Of a stretch of 64,000 nucleotides of DNA, positions 24,600 through 35,625 are shown piece after piece. Below the pieces are notes generated by a model. The model ran no database searches. It saw only the letters and a list, made by a program, of their open reading frames with translations, and was not told the DNA's origin. Source of the DNA: Scyliorhinus canicula (taxonomy: Eukaryota). Each line of letters opens with the position of its first letter. The first letter of the stretch is position 1. The position numbers were made by a program, and so were the translations under genes. Location: assembly GCF_902713615.1 (NCBI RefSeq), contig NC_052159.1, forward strand, positions 70,656,520-70,720,519. The letters run 5' to 3'.

Positions 24600-26634
24600 A
24601 ATACTGTGCAATACTGCACAGAACGTATGCACTATTTATTTGAACTTATACATTGGTTTTTCATTATCCTCGAAAGACTTATCTACTCTTTTACTTGTAT
24701 TTTAGAAAGACCTATCTACTCTTTTACTTGTATTAAATTGAAATTTGTTACTCAGTAGAAGTCAGACTGGTGAATTTTAAAGTCTGGTGATGTGGTTCAA
24801 CACTGTTCCAGTTCTGTTAACTTCATTAATTGCTTCGGATACAATTCTTCACAGATATGCAACCTTCCAAGTTTGATCAGAAATGTTAAGTTTGCACTGT
24901 CGCTGCCACATTTTTTCTTTGAACTCATCCATTATATATTTTGAATGATACAAGTTTTTTTAAACTGATACAAGTTTTTTTAAACCAATAAAAGCTATTG
25001 TATAAAAACATACACCCTTGCCCATGACTCACACTTACAGTACAAGGTAAACATGGAAGACTATAGCCAGAGGCAAACTCTGCACCTGGTGAAAGCCGAC
25101 TGGAGCAGTGTGAAATTTTACAGGCAATCTGCTCTTTGACCTTGCTAAATTTCAGTTGGTTATTCTGCTGTAGGGAAAAGACAATCATTATGCTTTGAGG
25201 ATTTAATGACCTTTATGCTAATCGTTCAGACCGAGATGTGGACCTTTTATAATTATTTTTTGTGAAGTAGACAAAGTATTTTTATTTAAGAGTAACATGA
25301 ATAGTTCAAATACACAAAATGTTTGCTCATTAGTCTCATTCAAAAATAATTACCAAAACCACAAAAACACATTTTCATCAGTGCAGCATAAAGGTTTATG
25401 TGATCGTGGTCTCTTATTAGTAAAACTTTCAAAATATTAGTGATTGTGGTCTCTTATTAATAAAACGTTCAATAATTAGTTTCTGTTGCTATGCTGGTCA
25501 ACTGCTTTTTTTCTTCATTCCAAATTGAAGCAAAACTCTCATCTAATCAGAAAATTTCAATATAACAAATATTTTCCATTCAGTCTCATTTTGTGGAACT
25601 TTTAGTCCGGACACTACCTTAACCATTTAATCTTGATACACAAGTCCATTCAACTGCTTCAATTATAATGGCACTCAATGCATTGAATGCAGTCAATCTA
25701 TTGCCCCATTCACAGATCTCAGTTTAATGCATGTTAGAAAGGCTAATGTTTCATTCATAAATGTTTTCTTATAATAGATAATTTTGCTTTTTTGGCAAAC
25801 ATGGGCAGCTTTGACCATCTTACATTCAGAGTTTTTGCAGAATGAGGGAATAAATCAAATTATTCTAAATTGGCAGGTTATAAAATCGGATCTAAATCTA
25901 TGGACAACTTAAATGTGCTTTAGCCAGGGCTCCATAGGACTGGATTGGTGGTTACAAAGTGAGCTGGAGCTGTGAAACAGTAAGTACATATTTTGTTTTT
26001 ACTGTCCATTTAACTAAAAGCATTGGAAATCTGCATTCCTCTGAAGTAGGAATTCAGGTGGAATTTTGAAACAATTTGTAACATAATAAACAAAACCCTT
26101 CAATGCACCTTGTAATGTGGTAAATCACAACTGTTCTTTATAAGCAGTTTTATTGTAGCTATACATAGATACATACAAGATAGGAGCAGGTGGAGGCCTG
26201 CAATATTACACGAGTATATGTAAGAGATCTGGTCACCCTGACACACAGCAGGCTCAAATATTGTAGTATTTATTAAATTTTAATAAAGTTAACCTATGAC
26301 TAGTCATTATGAAGTAAAAATCAAAAATCTGTTGCCTCAGTACTGTAACATATAGTCGTGCCCCCCTCCCCCCCCCACTCCACCCAGAGAAAACTTCAAA
26401 ATTGACCATATTAGTGAAGAACTGCAGATTACATGTCTCTGGCACGCTACACCTGGAGCCACTACTACATCGTGCTTTAAATTCCATTCAGCAGTTCATA
26501 ATATGTATTGTTCCAACACAGAGCTAAAAGGTCACTATTATACATAAGAAAAATTAAGCCGATGTTCTTGGTTGCCTTACAGTTCTTCTAGTTCAACTAC
26601 TCCAATAAATGAACATGTACAACAAGCCAAAGGG

Positions 26635-26766
26635 NNNNNNNNNNNNNNNNNNNNNNNNNNNNNNNNNNNNNNNNNNNNNNNNNNNNNNNNNNNNNNNNNN
26701 NNNNNNNNNNNNNNNNNNNNNNNNNNNNNNNNNNNNNNNNNNNNNNNNNNNNNNNNNNNNNNNNNN
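26635..26766. other. Assembly gap (132 N)
   Basis: Run of N. Confidence 1.
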
Positions 26767-28066
26767 ACTGTGATAATGGCACAGGCACATTTTATTAATG
26801 CAGGCTAGCTTCCTGCCAGAATCATAGGATTCTCAACTATGTGGTGTCTGCTTGTTTCCTGTTCCCACTCGTGATATTAATAATTATGCAGTGGGATAAT
26901 TAGCAACACAAAGAGTCATTCCTACCAGCTTGCAGCTAGATTTTTGTTTTGCATGTTAACCTTCTGTGAGCAGAAATGACAAGCTCAGTGAAATAACAGG
27001 TTGAACTTCCAGTGTCCAAAAAGGTTAACTATCCATGGCATCTCTTGCCTTAAGTAGACAAATCAGATATATAGAGATGTTATAATTCTATAGGTAAAAC
27101 CTAACAACTTGATTTATTAATTTAGATTTCAATCATAAAATGTCAACAATACATTCACGTCCAGTTGATTTCTAATTGTTCAGAAGTCTTTTTAAAGGAT
27201 TGACAGAAACTGGCAATTAATTATCTAGATTATTTTGGCATTACATTTCAAGTATAGCCCACGATAAAGGAAAATATAGATCGATAATATTTATGCCCAC
27301 CTCAAGTTGATTTCAAATTATTCACAAGGATTTTTAGGTAGGACAGAAACTATCAATCAATTATCTAGATAATGTTTTAAGTACATTTCAAATATAATCC
27401 ACAATAAAGGTAAAAAAATACATAAAAGTTGCAAGCAAATAATGAGATCATATGCTTGTACACTAACTTCTTCACAAAAAGATATACAACCTATAAAAGG
27501 AGCAGAGGTTCTTAATATGCTTGCTTCTTTTCTATCCCTATTCATAGTTTCAACTTCTTAAAGTAACAGCAGAAAATAAAGGAGGCAGCTCTTTCATTTT
27601 ATTGGGAATTTGAGCACTATGCTCTGGCGCTGCATCTCAATAATTGTCACCATTTCCCCAAACACTAAAAGGAGCACCGTGCATTTATCTTCAAGGGAAT
27701 GAACCAGACTGGTTTCATATCTATCTTTTTTTTAAAGAGAAATACATTTCAAACTTCATGCACATTCCATTAAAATGCTTGCAATTTCAAGGATACTTAT
27801 TAAATTCTTGAGACGGGTAGTATGAGAAAGAAAACATTCTGAAGGCATGCAGAAAAAGACTAAACTTGAAACCTGCTATTTTTTTTAAATAACCTAACTG
27901 CAAGAATCTTTCTTCACCCTCAATGTCTCTTTTCACTGCAGTGGCTTTGGCTGCACAGCTCACTGTGTGAAATACCTTTTATCTGCAAATTATTAATACA
28001 ATCACACTGAAAAAAACCCAGAAATTCGCTTAAGTGTTATACAATATTGAAAACAGTTGCACTGAC

Positions 28067-28246
28067 CGGCAGGACGTACTCTAACCCATTCCTTTTAGCC
28101 ACGTCTCTGGCTACGTCCTCTCCCTCCTCTATCTCAATGGTGTAGTAGTTGAGAGGATCAGCAGTCTCCTCCCCTCTAGTGGTTACCAACGCACTTTGCA
28201 AGAAGCAGAGGGAATAAAACAAGACGGCGGGTTTTCCAAAGGCCAT
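28067..28246 (-). CDS. First coding exon of a proprotein convertase (subtilisin/kexin, S8B)-like gene: signal peptide and start of the prodomain
   Basis: MAFGKPAVLFYSLCFLQSALVTTRGEETADPLNYYTIEIEEGEDVARDVAKRNGLEYVLP (60 aa); acceptor ttcccatttttcag about 10 nt before the ATG; phase-0 donor CCG|GTCAGT; the NxY/WxxEIxxGxxxAxxxAxxxG pattern and the exon length and phase match the first coding exon of PCSK1/furin. Confidence 0.8.
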
Positions 28247-28990
28247 GAATCTAAATCTGAAAAATGGGAAGAGAATTAGAGAACACATCACGAGTCATAC
28301 ATGAAAATCTTGCCTGAACTGACATTGGTGACAGGAACTTAATCAACACTACACTGTACCGCACTGCATTTAGATGTCATGGATTAACATTAACAACTTG
28401 CCTCAACCTGTCTGTGGCAAAATATTGTTTGTTAAAGGTTGCATCGACAATAATCAGGTTTTAGCTGGTGGAATATTTTGGAAACCAACGAATCACAAAG
28501 TAGATATATTGAGCGTACAACTCCACGATATCAAATTCTATTTTATCAAGCTATGAGTTTAAAGGGTTGGGAAATGAACTCAGGATGAAAGTCTTGGTTT
28601 GAAGCAAAGATATGCTTGATGCTACTTTCAAAAAGATATTTATTCATATTTTATTACCAGAGAGCCCCGAAAATAAATGGGGCAGTGGAATATCATCTCT
28701 GCGGGATAAAGGGTAATTTCTTGTCTATTTTAACCAATTATGTGCTCCTTCTATAACTCCAGATAATTGTATGTTAACGTGCTGCTTCCTTTTTTATTAG
28801 AATTTACCATTTTCCCAACAAGACTTACAACTGATTGGAACAAATGCTATTCTTTTTAAACAAACTGATAATTTATTAAAAGTTAACTGATTCCCAAATA
28901 GTCTGCAATTAGAAAATGTGCATCTCATTCCCAAGACTCTGGTTCCATGCATTTTCTTCCTTCACAGAACAGATGCAAAGATTTAAATAC

Positions 28991-29051
28991 CTTGCATTGT
29001 ACAAACATGGACAGTCACAGAACTTCTTGCCGAACAGGAGCTATTTATATA
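28991..29051 (-). promoter_or_regulatory. Candidate TATA box and short non-coding first exon of the convertase-like gene
   Basis: TATATAAAT at 29051-29043 (minus); AAG|GTATTT donor at 28991; the coding exon has an acceptor upstream of its ATG, so an upstream exon is expected. Confidence 0.4.
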
Positions 29052-29119
29052 AAATAGGGTTCACTGTCATTGTAAAATTGTAATTAACGTCCAATTCTGG
29101 TTTAAGAAGAGTTACATTT

Positions 29120-29440
29120 GAATTAGGAGCATAGGCCACTCGGCCCCTCGAGCCTGCTCCATCATTCAATAAAATCATGGCTGATCTGACTGTGAACTGA
29201 ACTGCTTGCACTTGCTAAACTTTCACCCCCTTGTCAATCAAGAAACTATCTTGCTCTGCCTAGAAAGCATTCAAAAACAGCTTTCGCTGTTTTGAGGAAG
29301 AGTTCCAGAGACTCACCATCCTCTGAGAAAACACGTCTTGATTGGTTGACCCTTCGATTTACCTGTGACTCCTAGTTCCAGATTCTCCCGCAAGAGGAAA
29401 CATCCTCTACACATGCACCCTGTCAAGTTGCCTCATGATT
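29120..29440 (-). mobile_element. Old CR1 3'-end fragment
   Basis: Reverse complement of the CR1 3' UTR (TCAGCCATGAT...GAGCAGGCTCGAGGGGCCGA...GCTCCTAATTC) and of the end of ORF2. Confidence 0.8.
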
Positions 29441-29849
29441 AGTTGACTTCATTTTAAAGTCCCACCATTGGCTCAGCAATTTATCCAGTGAGTGGACAAG
29501 CTATACAGATAAGGGGAGACCGGGGTTCAATCCCTTGATCTGTGTTGAGGAGCATGAGAGACGTTCCAATTAGCCTTAATGCCTCAGAGTTTGGTTGGGG
29601 AAATTGCCTATGGTTTTTGATTGTCATCCAGTGATGGATGACAGAGTTAGATATTAGGAGACAGAATTTGGCAATGTTACTTCTATATTCCCTCTGTGGC
29701 TTCAGTAAAGAGCCATGGAAAGCAGGGATAGCTGTGATGAAATCTAGGCTGAATAACCAAATGAAATGCCAATGTTTGGCATGTGGTTTAATTGTCGATT
29801 GAAGGAAATACAAGAGAGCAATTGTTATTTTTATGAAAATTTGTTTAAG

Positions 29850-30925
29850 GGATATGGGCATCGCTTGTTAGGTCAGCATTTATTGCCCATCCCTAGTTGC
29901 TGACTAGTTGAATGACTTGAAGGGGGACCTCCAGGTGTTCCTGGGTGTCTGCTGCTCTTGTCCTTCTAGATGTTAGTGGTTGTGAGTTTGGAAGGATTTG
30001 TCTAAGGAACCTTGGTGAGTTGCTGCAGTGCATCTTGTAAATGTTGCATATAGCTGTCAGTGTTCGTCGACGGTGGAGGGTCTGAATGTTTGTGGAAGGA
30101 GGAGCAATCAAGCGGGCTGCTTTGTCCTGGATGGTGTGGAGCTTCTTGAGTGTTGTGAGGGCTGCACTCATCCAGACAAGTGGAGAGTATCCAATTACAC
30201 ACCCGGGGCGGCATTCTCCCCTACCCGGCGTGACGGAGGGTCCCGGAGTAGGGGAGTGGCACCAACCACTCAGGGGTCGCGCCTCCCCAAAGGTGGGGAA
30301 TTCTCCCCACCTTTGGGGGCCAGCCCCGCGCCGGAGCGGTTGCCACCAGAAGACCGGCGCAAACAACCGGCGCCCCCGGCAGCAGGGCTGGCCGAAAGGC
30401 TTTCGCCGGTCCGCGCATGCGCCGGCAGTGACGTCAGCGGCAGCTGGCCACTGACGTCACTGTCGGCGCATGCGCAATGTGGGGTTCTCTTCCGCCTCCG
30501 CCATGGTGGAGGCCGCGGCGGACGCGGAAGAAAATAGAGCAGCCAGGGCACTGGCCCGGACTCTGAGGGGGGGGCCCCGATCGCGGGTCAGGCCGCCGTG
30601 GGGGCACCCCCTGGGGTTCGATCGCCCCCCGCCCCTCCAGGACCCCGGGGGCCTGCTCGCGCCGCTGAGCCCGCCGTTCCAGAGGTGGTTTAAACCTCGC
30701 CGGCGGGAGAGGCCTCCCAGCGGTGGGACTTCGGCCCATCCGGGCCGGAGAATCGCCGCAGGGGCCTCTCTGATCGGAGTGGCGAGATTCCTGCCCCCGC
30801 CACTTCCCGGGTGGCGGAGAATCTCTGCCACGGCGGGGGCGGGATTTTAGGCGCCCCCAGGCGATTCTCCGACCCTGCTGAGGGTCGGAGAATTTCGCCC
30901 CCGACTTGTGCCTTGTAGATGGAAT
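29850..30925 (-). mobile_element. CR1/L2-group LINE 3' fragment interrupted by a MITE
   Basis: YSPLVWMSAALTTLKKLHTIQDKAARLI...LHRRR...YKMHCSNSPRFLRQ; the sequence resumes at 30904 after the MITE. Confidence 0.8.
30206..30900. mobile_element. CpG-rich MITE (second subfamily)
   Basis: TIRs GGGCGGCATTCTCC / GGAGAATTTCGCCC; perfect TSD CCG (30203-30205, 30901-30903). Confidence 0.9.
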
Positions 30926-31268
30926 TGCCTTCCAGAAGCAGTTGACTTCTTCAAGGTGGTTGAGTGAATAGGGAGAAAGTCAAAAAGATCCTGGTCGCAA
31001 AACTTAGCTCTGTGGTGCCCATATTGTCACCACAAACCTGTGCTGTTGCCAAGAACAAAATGACACCAGCATCTCACACACATACACACTTATGGTGTGG
31101 ATTGCGGCAACCGCCATTTTCGGTAGGCCGGTAGCATGGGCGATTGGAACCTGCTATGGAAGCTTGTCGAGTGGCCATACCTTATGTCATACTGGTTAAA
31201 TTGTAACAGTGACATTTTCAGTGACACAACAAGCATCTTATCCTCACAAAGTTGACCTGTTCAGCAGC

Positions 31269-31770
31269 ACAGATGCACCATAGAAAGCACCCCATCTGGT
31301 TGCATCACAGCCTGATATGGCAACTGCTCGGCCCAAGACCGCAAGAAACTTCAGAGAGTCGTGAACACAGCCCAGTCCATCACTCAAACCCGCCTCCCAT
31401 CCATTGACTCCAGCTACACCTCCCGCTGCCTGGGGAAAGCGGGCAGCATAATCAAAGACCCCTCCCACCCCCTTACTCACTCTTCCAACTTCTTCCATCG
31501 GGCAGGAGATACATAAAGTCTGCGAACACGAAGGAACAGATTCAAAAACAGCTTCTTCCCTGCTGTTACCAGACTCCTAAATGACCCTCTTATGGACTGT
31601 CCTGAGTAATACTACACCCCGATATGCTTCACCCGATGCCGGTGTCTATGTGTATCATTGTGAACTTATGTTGATATTTTCTTTTGATTTTCTTTTCTTT
31701 TCATTCACTTAATGATCTGTTTGCAGAAAAATATTTTTCACTGAACGTCGATACACGTGATAATAAACCA
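31269..31770 (+). mobile_element. Rex1/Babar LINE 3' end
   Basis: RCTIES...GCITA(W)YGNCSAQDRKKLQRVVNTAQSI...IIKDPSHP...SGRR...RFKNSFFP, followed by a 3' UTR with AATAAA. Confidence 0.88.
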
Positions 31771-31974
31771 ATCCAAAGCAAGAAGGAACCCCCACCAATG
31801 CTATTTAATGGGATTATCAATGTTAGTTGCTGATTTATTTCTATTGGCAGCTGCTGAGTTAGTGGAATTGATTGGTATTTTCCACTATTGTATAATGTTG
31901 GTAAAATGTAAAGGCAATGATGTGGCACTTGTGAAGATCTTGGCTCTCACTTCAAGAGTTCAGGTCAGACTGAA

Positions 31975-32905
31975 TATAGGTGGTCTGATTACCAAGTTTG
32001 CAGATGATACTAAGATTGGTGGAGTTGCAGATGGCGAGGAGGACTGTCAGAGAATACAACAAAATATAGATAGATTGGAGAGTTGGGCAGAGAAATGGCA
32101 GATGGAGTTCAATCCAGAGGTGATGCATTTTGGAAGATCAAATTCAAGAGCGGACTATATGGTCAATGGAAGGGTCTTGGGGAAAATTGATGTACAGAGA
32201 GATCTGGGAGTTCAGGTCCATTGTCCCCTGAAGGTGGCAACGCAGATAGAGTGGTCAAGAAGGCATACAGCATGCTTGCCTTCATCGGAAGGGGTATTGA
32301 GTACAAGAGTTGGCAGGCCATGTTACAGTTGTATAGGACTTTGGTTCGGCCACATTTGGAATACTGCATGCAGTTCTGGTCACCACCTTACCAGAAGGAT
32401 GTAGATGCTTTGGAGAGGGTGCAGAGGAGGTTCACCAGGATGTTGCCTGGTATGGAGGGTGCTAGCTATGAAGAAAGGTTGAGTAGATTAGGATTGTTTT
32501 CGTTGGAAAGACGGAGGTTGAGGGGGGACCTGATTGAGGTCTACAAAATTATGAGAGGTATGGACAGGGTGAATAGCAACAAGCTTTTCCCAAGAGTGGG
32601 GGTGTCAGTTACAAGGGGTCACAATTTCAAGGTGAGAGGGGGAAAGTTTAAGGGAGATGTGCGTGGAAAGATTTTTACGCAGAGGGTGGTGGGTGGCTGG
32701 AATGCTTTACCAGTGGAGGTGGTAGAGGCAGGCACGATAGCATCATTTAAGATGCATCTGGACAGGTATATGAATGGGTGGGAACAGAGGGAAGTAGACC
32801 TTGGAAAATAGGAGACAGGTTTAGATAAAGGATCTGGATCGGCGCAGGCTGGGAGGGCCGAATGGCCTGTTCCTGTGCTGTAATTTTCTTTGTTCTTTGT
32901 TCTTT
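31975..32905 (+). mobile_element. CR1 LINE, 5'-truncated
   Basis: KFADDTKIGG...WQMEFN...LVRPHLEYC...FTQRVV; (TTCTTTG)n tail; same subfamily as 38009-41380. Confidence 0.95.
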
Positions 32906-33855
32906 ATTTGTTCAGACCCTCAGTCATGGGTGCTGTGGTTTCCATTTCCCTTGGTCTACAGCATGATAGGGAAATCTCACAGAAGAGATCAAACTGATTG
33001 AAATAGGAGGAGAGGAGAAGGGAGAGAAAGGATATCAACAAGCGGCCCTGCCCAGCAGGGTCTTCAGGGAGCATTTCTCATACTTTAACTTAAGTCAGAA
33101 ATAATCACCGGAATTCACCAGTCGGTGCGATTCAGTTTTCCCACTGGCACCCCTGCCTTCATGTTTCCAGGCAGTCTGAGGTGACTTGAATGGGAAATCC
33201 CATAGGCAAGCAGTGGGAAGATAGAATCTCACTTCTGGTAAACGGTGCTCGTCCGAGAAACACGTGGCTGTGGGCCTGGGGAATCGCTCCCAGTGTGTTT
33301 ATATAAAGGAGGTGACTGATGCACGGTTTGCAAAGAGGGGTAATGTATTGCCTTTAGAGAAACAGGGTGTGTGCACATGGCTTCCATGGTGCAGTGTGCC
33401 ATTGACTGCACACATGTTGCTTTGTGGATGGCAAATCTAAATTCAGAGATGCACCGTAACTGCAAAGTGTTCAATTTCCTGAATGTCAGGTTGAATTGTG
33501 ACCAAGCTCAGTACATTATCCAGATCAATGTCCAATGATCCTGAGGAGATTTGATATGGGAGATATTCCTGAGGGTGACCCTATCTGTGAAAGTGTCTTG
33601 AACCAGGGGACCCATTTTAAGAATGTTTAAAACTGTTTAAAACGAGGATGAGGAGAAATAATTCTGCCTTTATTCTGTGTCAGTCCAGTGTCTCATCAAC
33701 ATCTGAACCACTACAAAAATCCCAGAGGATGACTATTGGATAACAACAGTTATATGCTGACACCTCGGCTCATGATTTCAGTGCTCGATCACACACAAGT
33801 CTCTAGCCTCCCTGTATCTAATGTCAGGCTGGCAAATGGAAGATTGGTGTGCTCA

Positions 33856-34238
33856 AGAAGGTTAAGAGGTGACTTAATAGAGGCATACAAAATGATCAGA
33901 GGGTTAGATAGGATGGACAGTGAGAGCCTTCTCCCATGGATGGAGGTGGCTAGCACAAGGGGACATAGCCTTAAATTGAGGGGTAATAGATATAGGACAG
34001 ACGTCAGAGGTAGGTTTTTTACGCAAAGAGTGGTGAGGCCGTGGAATGCCCTACCTGCAACAGTAGTGAACTCGCCAACATTGAGGGCATTTAAAAGTTT
34101 ATTGGATAAGCATATGGATGATAATGGCATAGTATAGGTTAGATGGCCTTTAGTTCTTGACTTCCCATGTCAGTGCAACATCGTGGGCCGAAGGGCCTGT
34201 ACTGCGCTGTATCGTTCTATGTTCTATGTTCTATGTTC
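33856..34238 (+). mobile_element. CR1 LINE 3' end
   Basis: RRLRGDLIEAYKM...TRGHSLKL...FFTQRVV; (TTCTATG)n tail. Confidence 0.92.
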
Positions 34239-34547
34239 TGCAGTTTGGACCATTCTGGAAGAGTCCTATATACTCTCCAAACTTTTGAGTCCTGATTCAT
34301 AATGGTTTTACATCCTGACAACCTCATCATTATGAAGGCATAACCCCTGTCACCAGTTATACAACGAGCAGCAGAAAAGGAAGAGGAGAAAGGGAGGAGG
34401 AAATCCTTTTCTTGTATGGCTGTCTGTAATTGACTAATCTGATGTTGGTACTAGTGAACGCAAACTTAATTCCCCATTCAACAATAATCCCACATTTTAC
34501 CACCCCTATGTTATAAACCACTGCTGTGTCCTCTTGATCTCGGAGAT

Positions 34548-35625
34548 TCACTCAACTCATTCCAGGAATGAGGGGCTTATCTTATGAAGAAATGTTAAAC
34601 AGGTTGGGCCTGTACCCATTGGAATTTCAAAGAATGAAAGATGATCTTATTGAAACATGTATATGGGCGCGATTCTCCGCAAATGCGGAGAGTCGTGAAG
34701 GCTGCCGTGAAACAGGCCGTGTTTCACGGCAGCCTCCACGCCCCCTCCCGGGACCCAATTCTGCTCCCCGGTTGGGGCTAGCAGCGGGACCCCGTGAACC
34801 TCGGCATCGCAGGCTTAGCGAACTTCGCTAAGCCCGCGCGCCAAGGTTAACGGCGGCTGATGCAAACGATGTCATCAGCCGCGCATGAGCGGATGATGTC
34901 ATCACGCATAAGCGTGAAACCCGCGCATGCGCGGGCCGTTATGCCCCTCAGCCGCCCCGCGGCCGTGCCAATCGGTGGCATGGTTCTCCAGAATGGCACT
35001 TTGCGGCCGTTTTCACGAACTGTGAGAGCAGGTGTGTTGGAGTTCGTGAAAACGGCCGTAAAGGCCTGGGAAATCGGCCCATCGGCTAGGGGAGAATCGC
35101 TGCTCGCCGTAGAAAACGGCGAGCAGCAATTCGTGTCGTGGGGCGGCCGTGGGGGGGGGGGGGGGGGGGGAGAATAGCGGGAGGTCGGGAAAAATGTCGG
35201 GAAGGCCCTCCCGCTATTCTCCGACCCGTCATGGGGGGCGGAGAATCGCGCCCACAAAGATCCAGCGAGGATTTGATAAGATGTATACTGACAGAATGTT
35301 TCCATTTGTGGGAAAGATAACAAACAGGGGACACAGTTTAAGAATAAGAGCTCTACCATTTACTACGGAGATGACGTGAACTTTTTTCTTTCAAAAGTAT
35401 TGTTGGTATGTGGAATTTTCTTCCACAGAAGATAATGGAGTCAAGATCATTGAATAAAATCAAGGTAGACCATGACAGCTTTTCTATAGACAAGGGAGTC
35501 AAGGGTTATGGGGGCTGATGACAAAGTGGAGTTGAGACACAACCAGTGAGCTATGATCATAATAAATTGAGCAAACTCGAGGGGCTTAATGGCCTGGCTG
35601 CTCATAATTTTAATGTTTATATGTT
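34548..35625 (+). mobile_element. Old CR1 3' end interrupted by a MITE
   Basis: MRGLSYEEMLNRLGLYPLEFQRMKDDLIET before the MITE; ...RGFDKMYTDRMFPFVG...RGHSLRIR after it. Confidence 0.85.
34665..35253. mobile_element. CpG-rich MITE (first subfamily; internally deleted relative of 52676-53377 in the opposite orientation)
   Basis: Perfect TIRs GGGCGCGATTCTCC / GGAGAATCGCGCCC; no clean TSD. Confidence 0.88.

Noticed and set aside
26572-26808. ORFs spanning the N run
   Set aside because: Artefacts of the assembly gap.
31975-32905. CR1 3' end as part of a segmental duplication with 40440-41380
   Set aside because: The similarity is confined to the element, the flanks differ and each copy has private small deletions; independent insertions of one subfamily is the simpler explanation.
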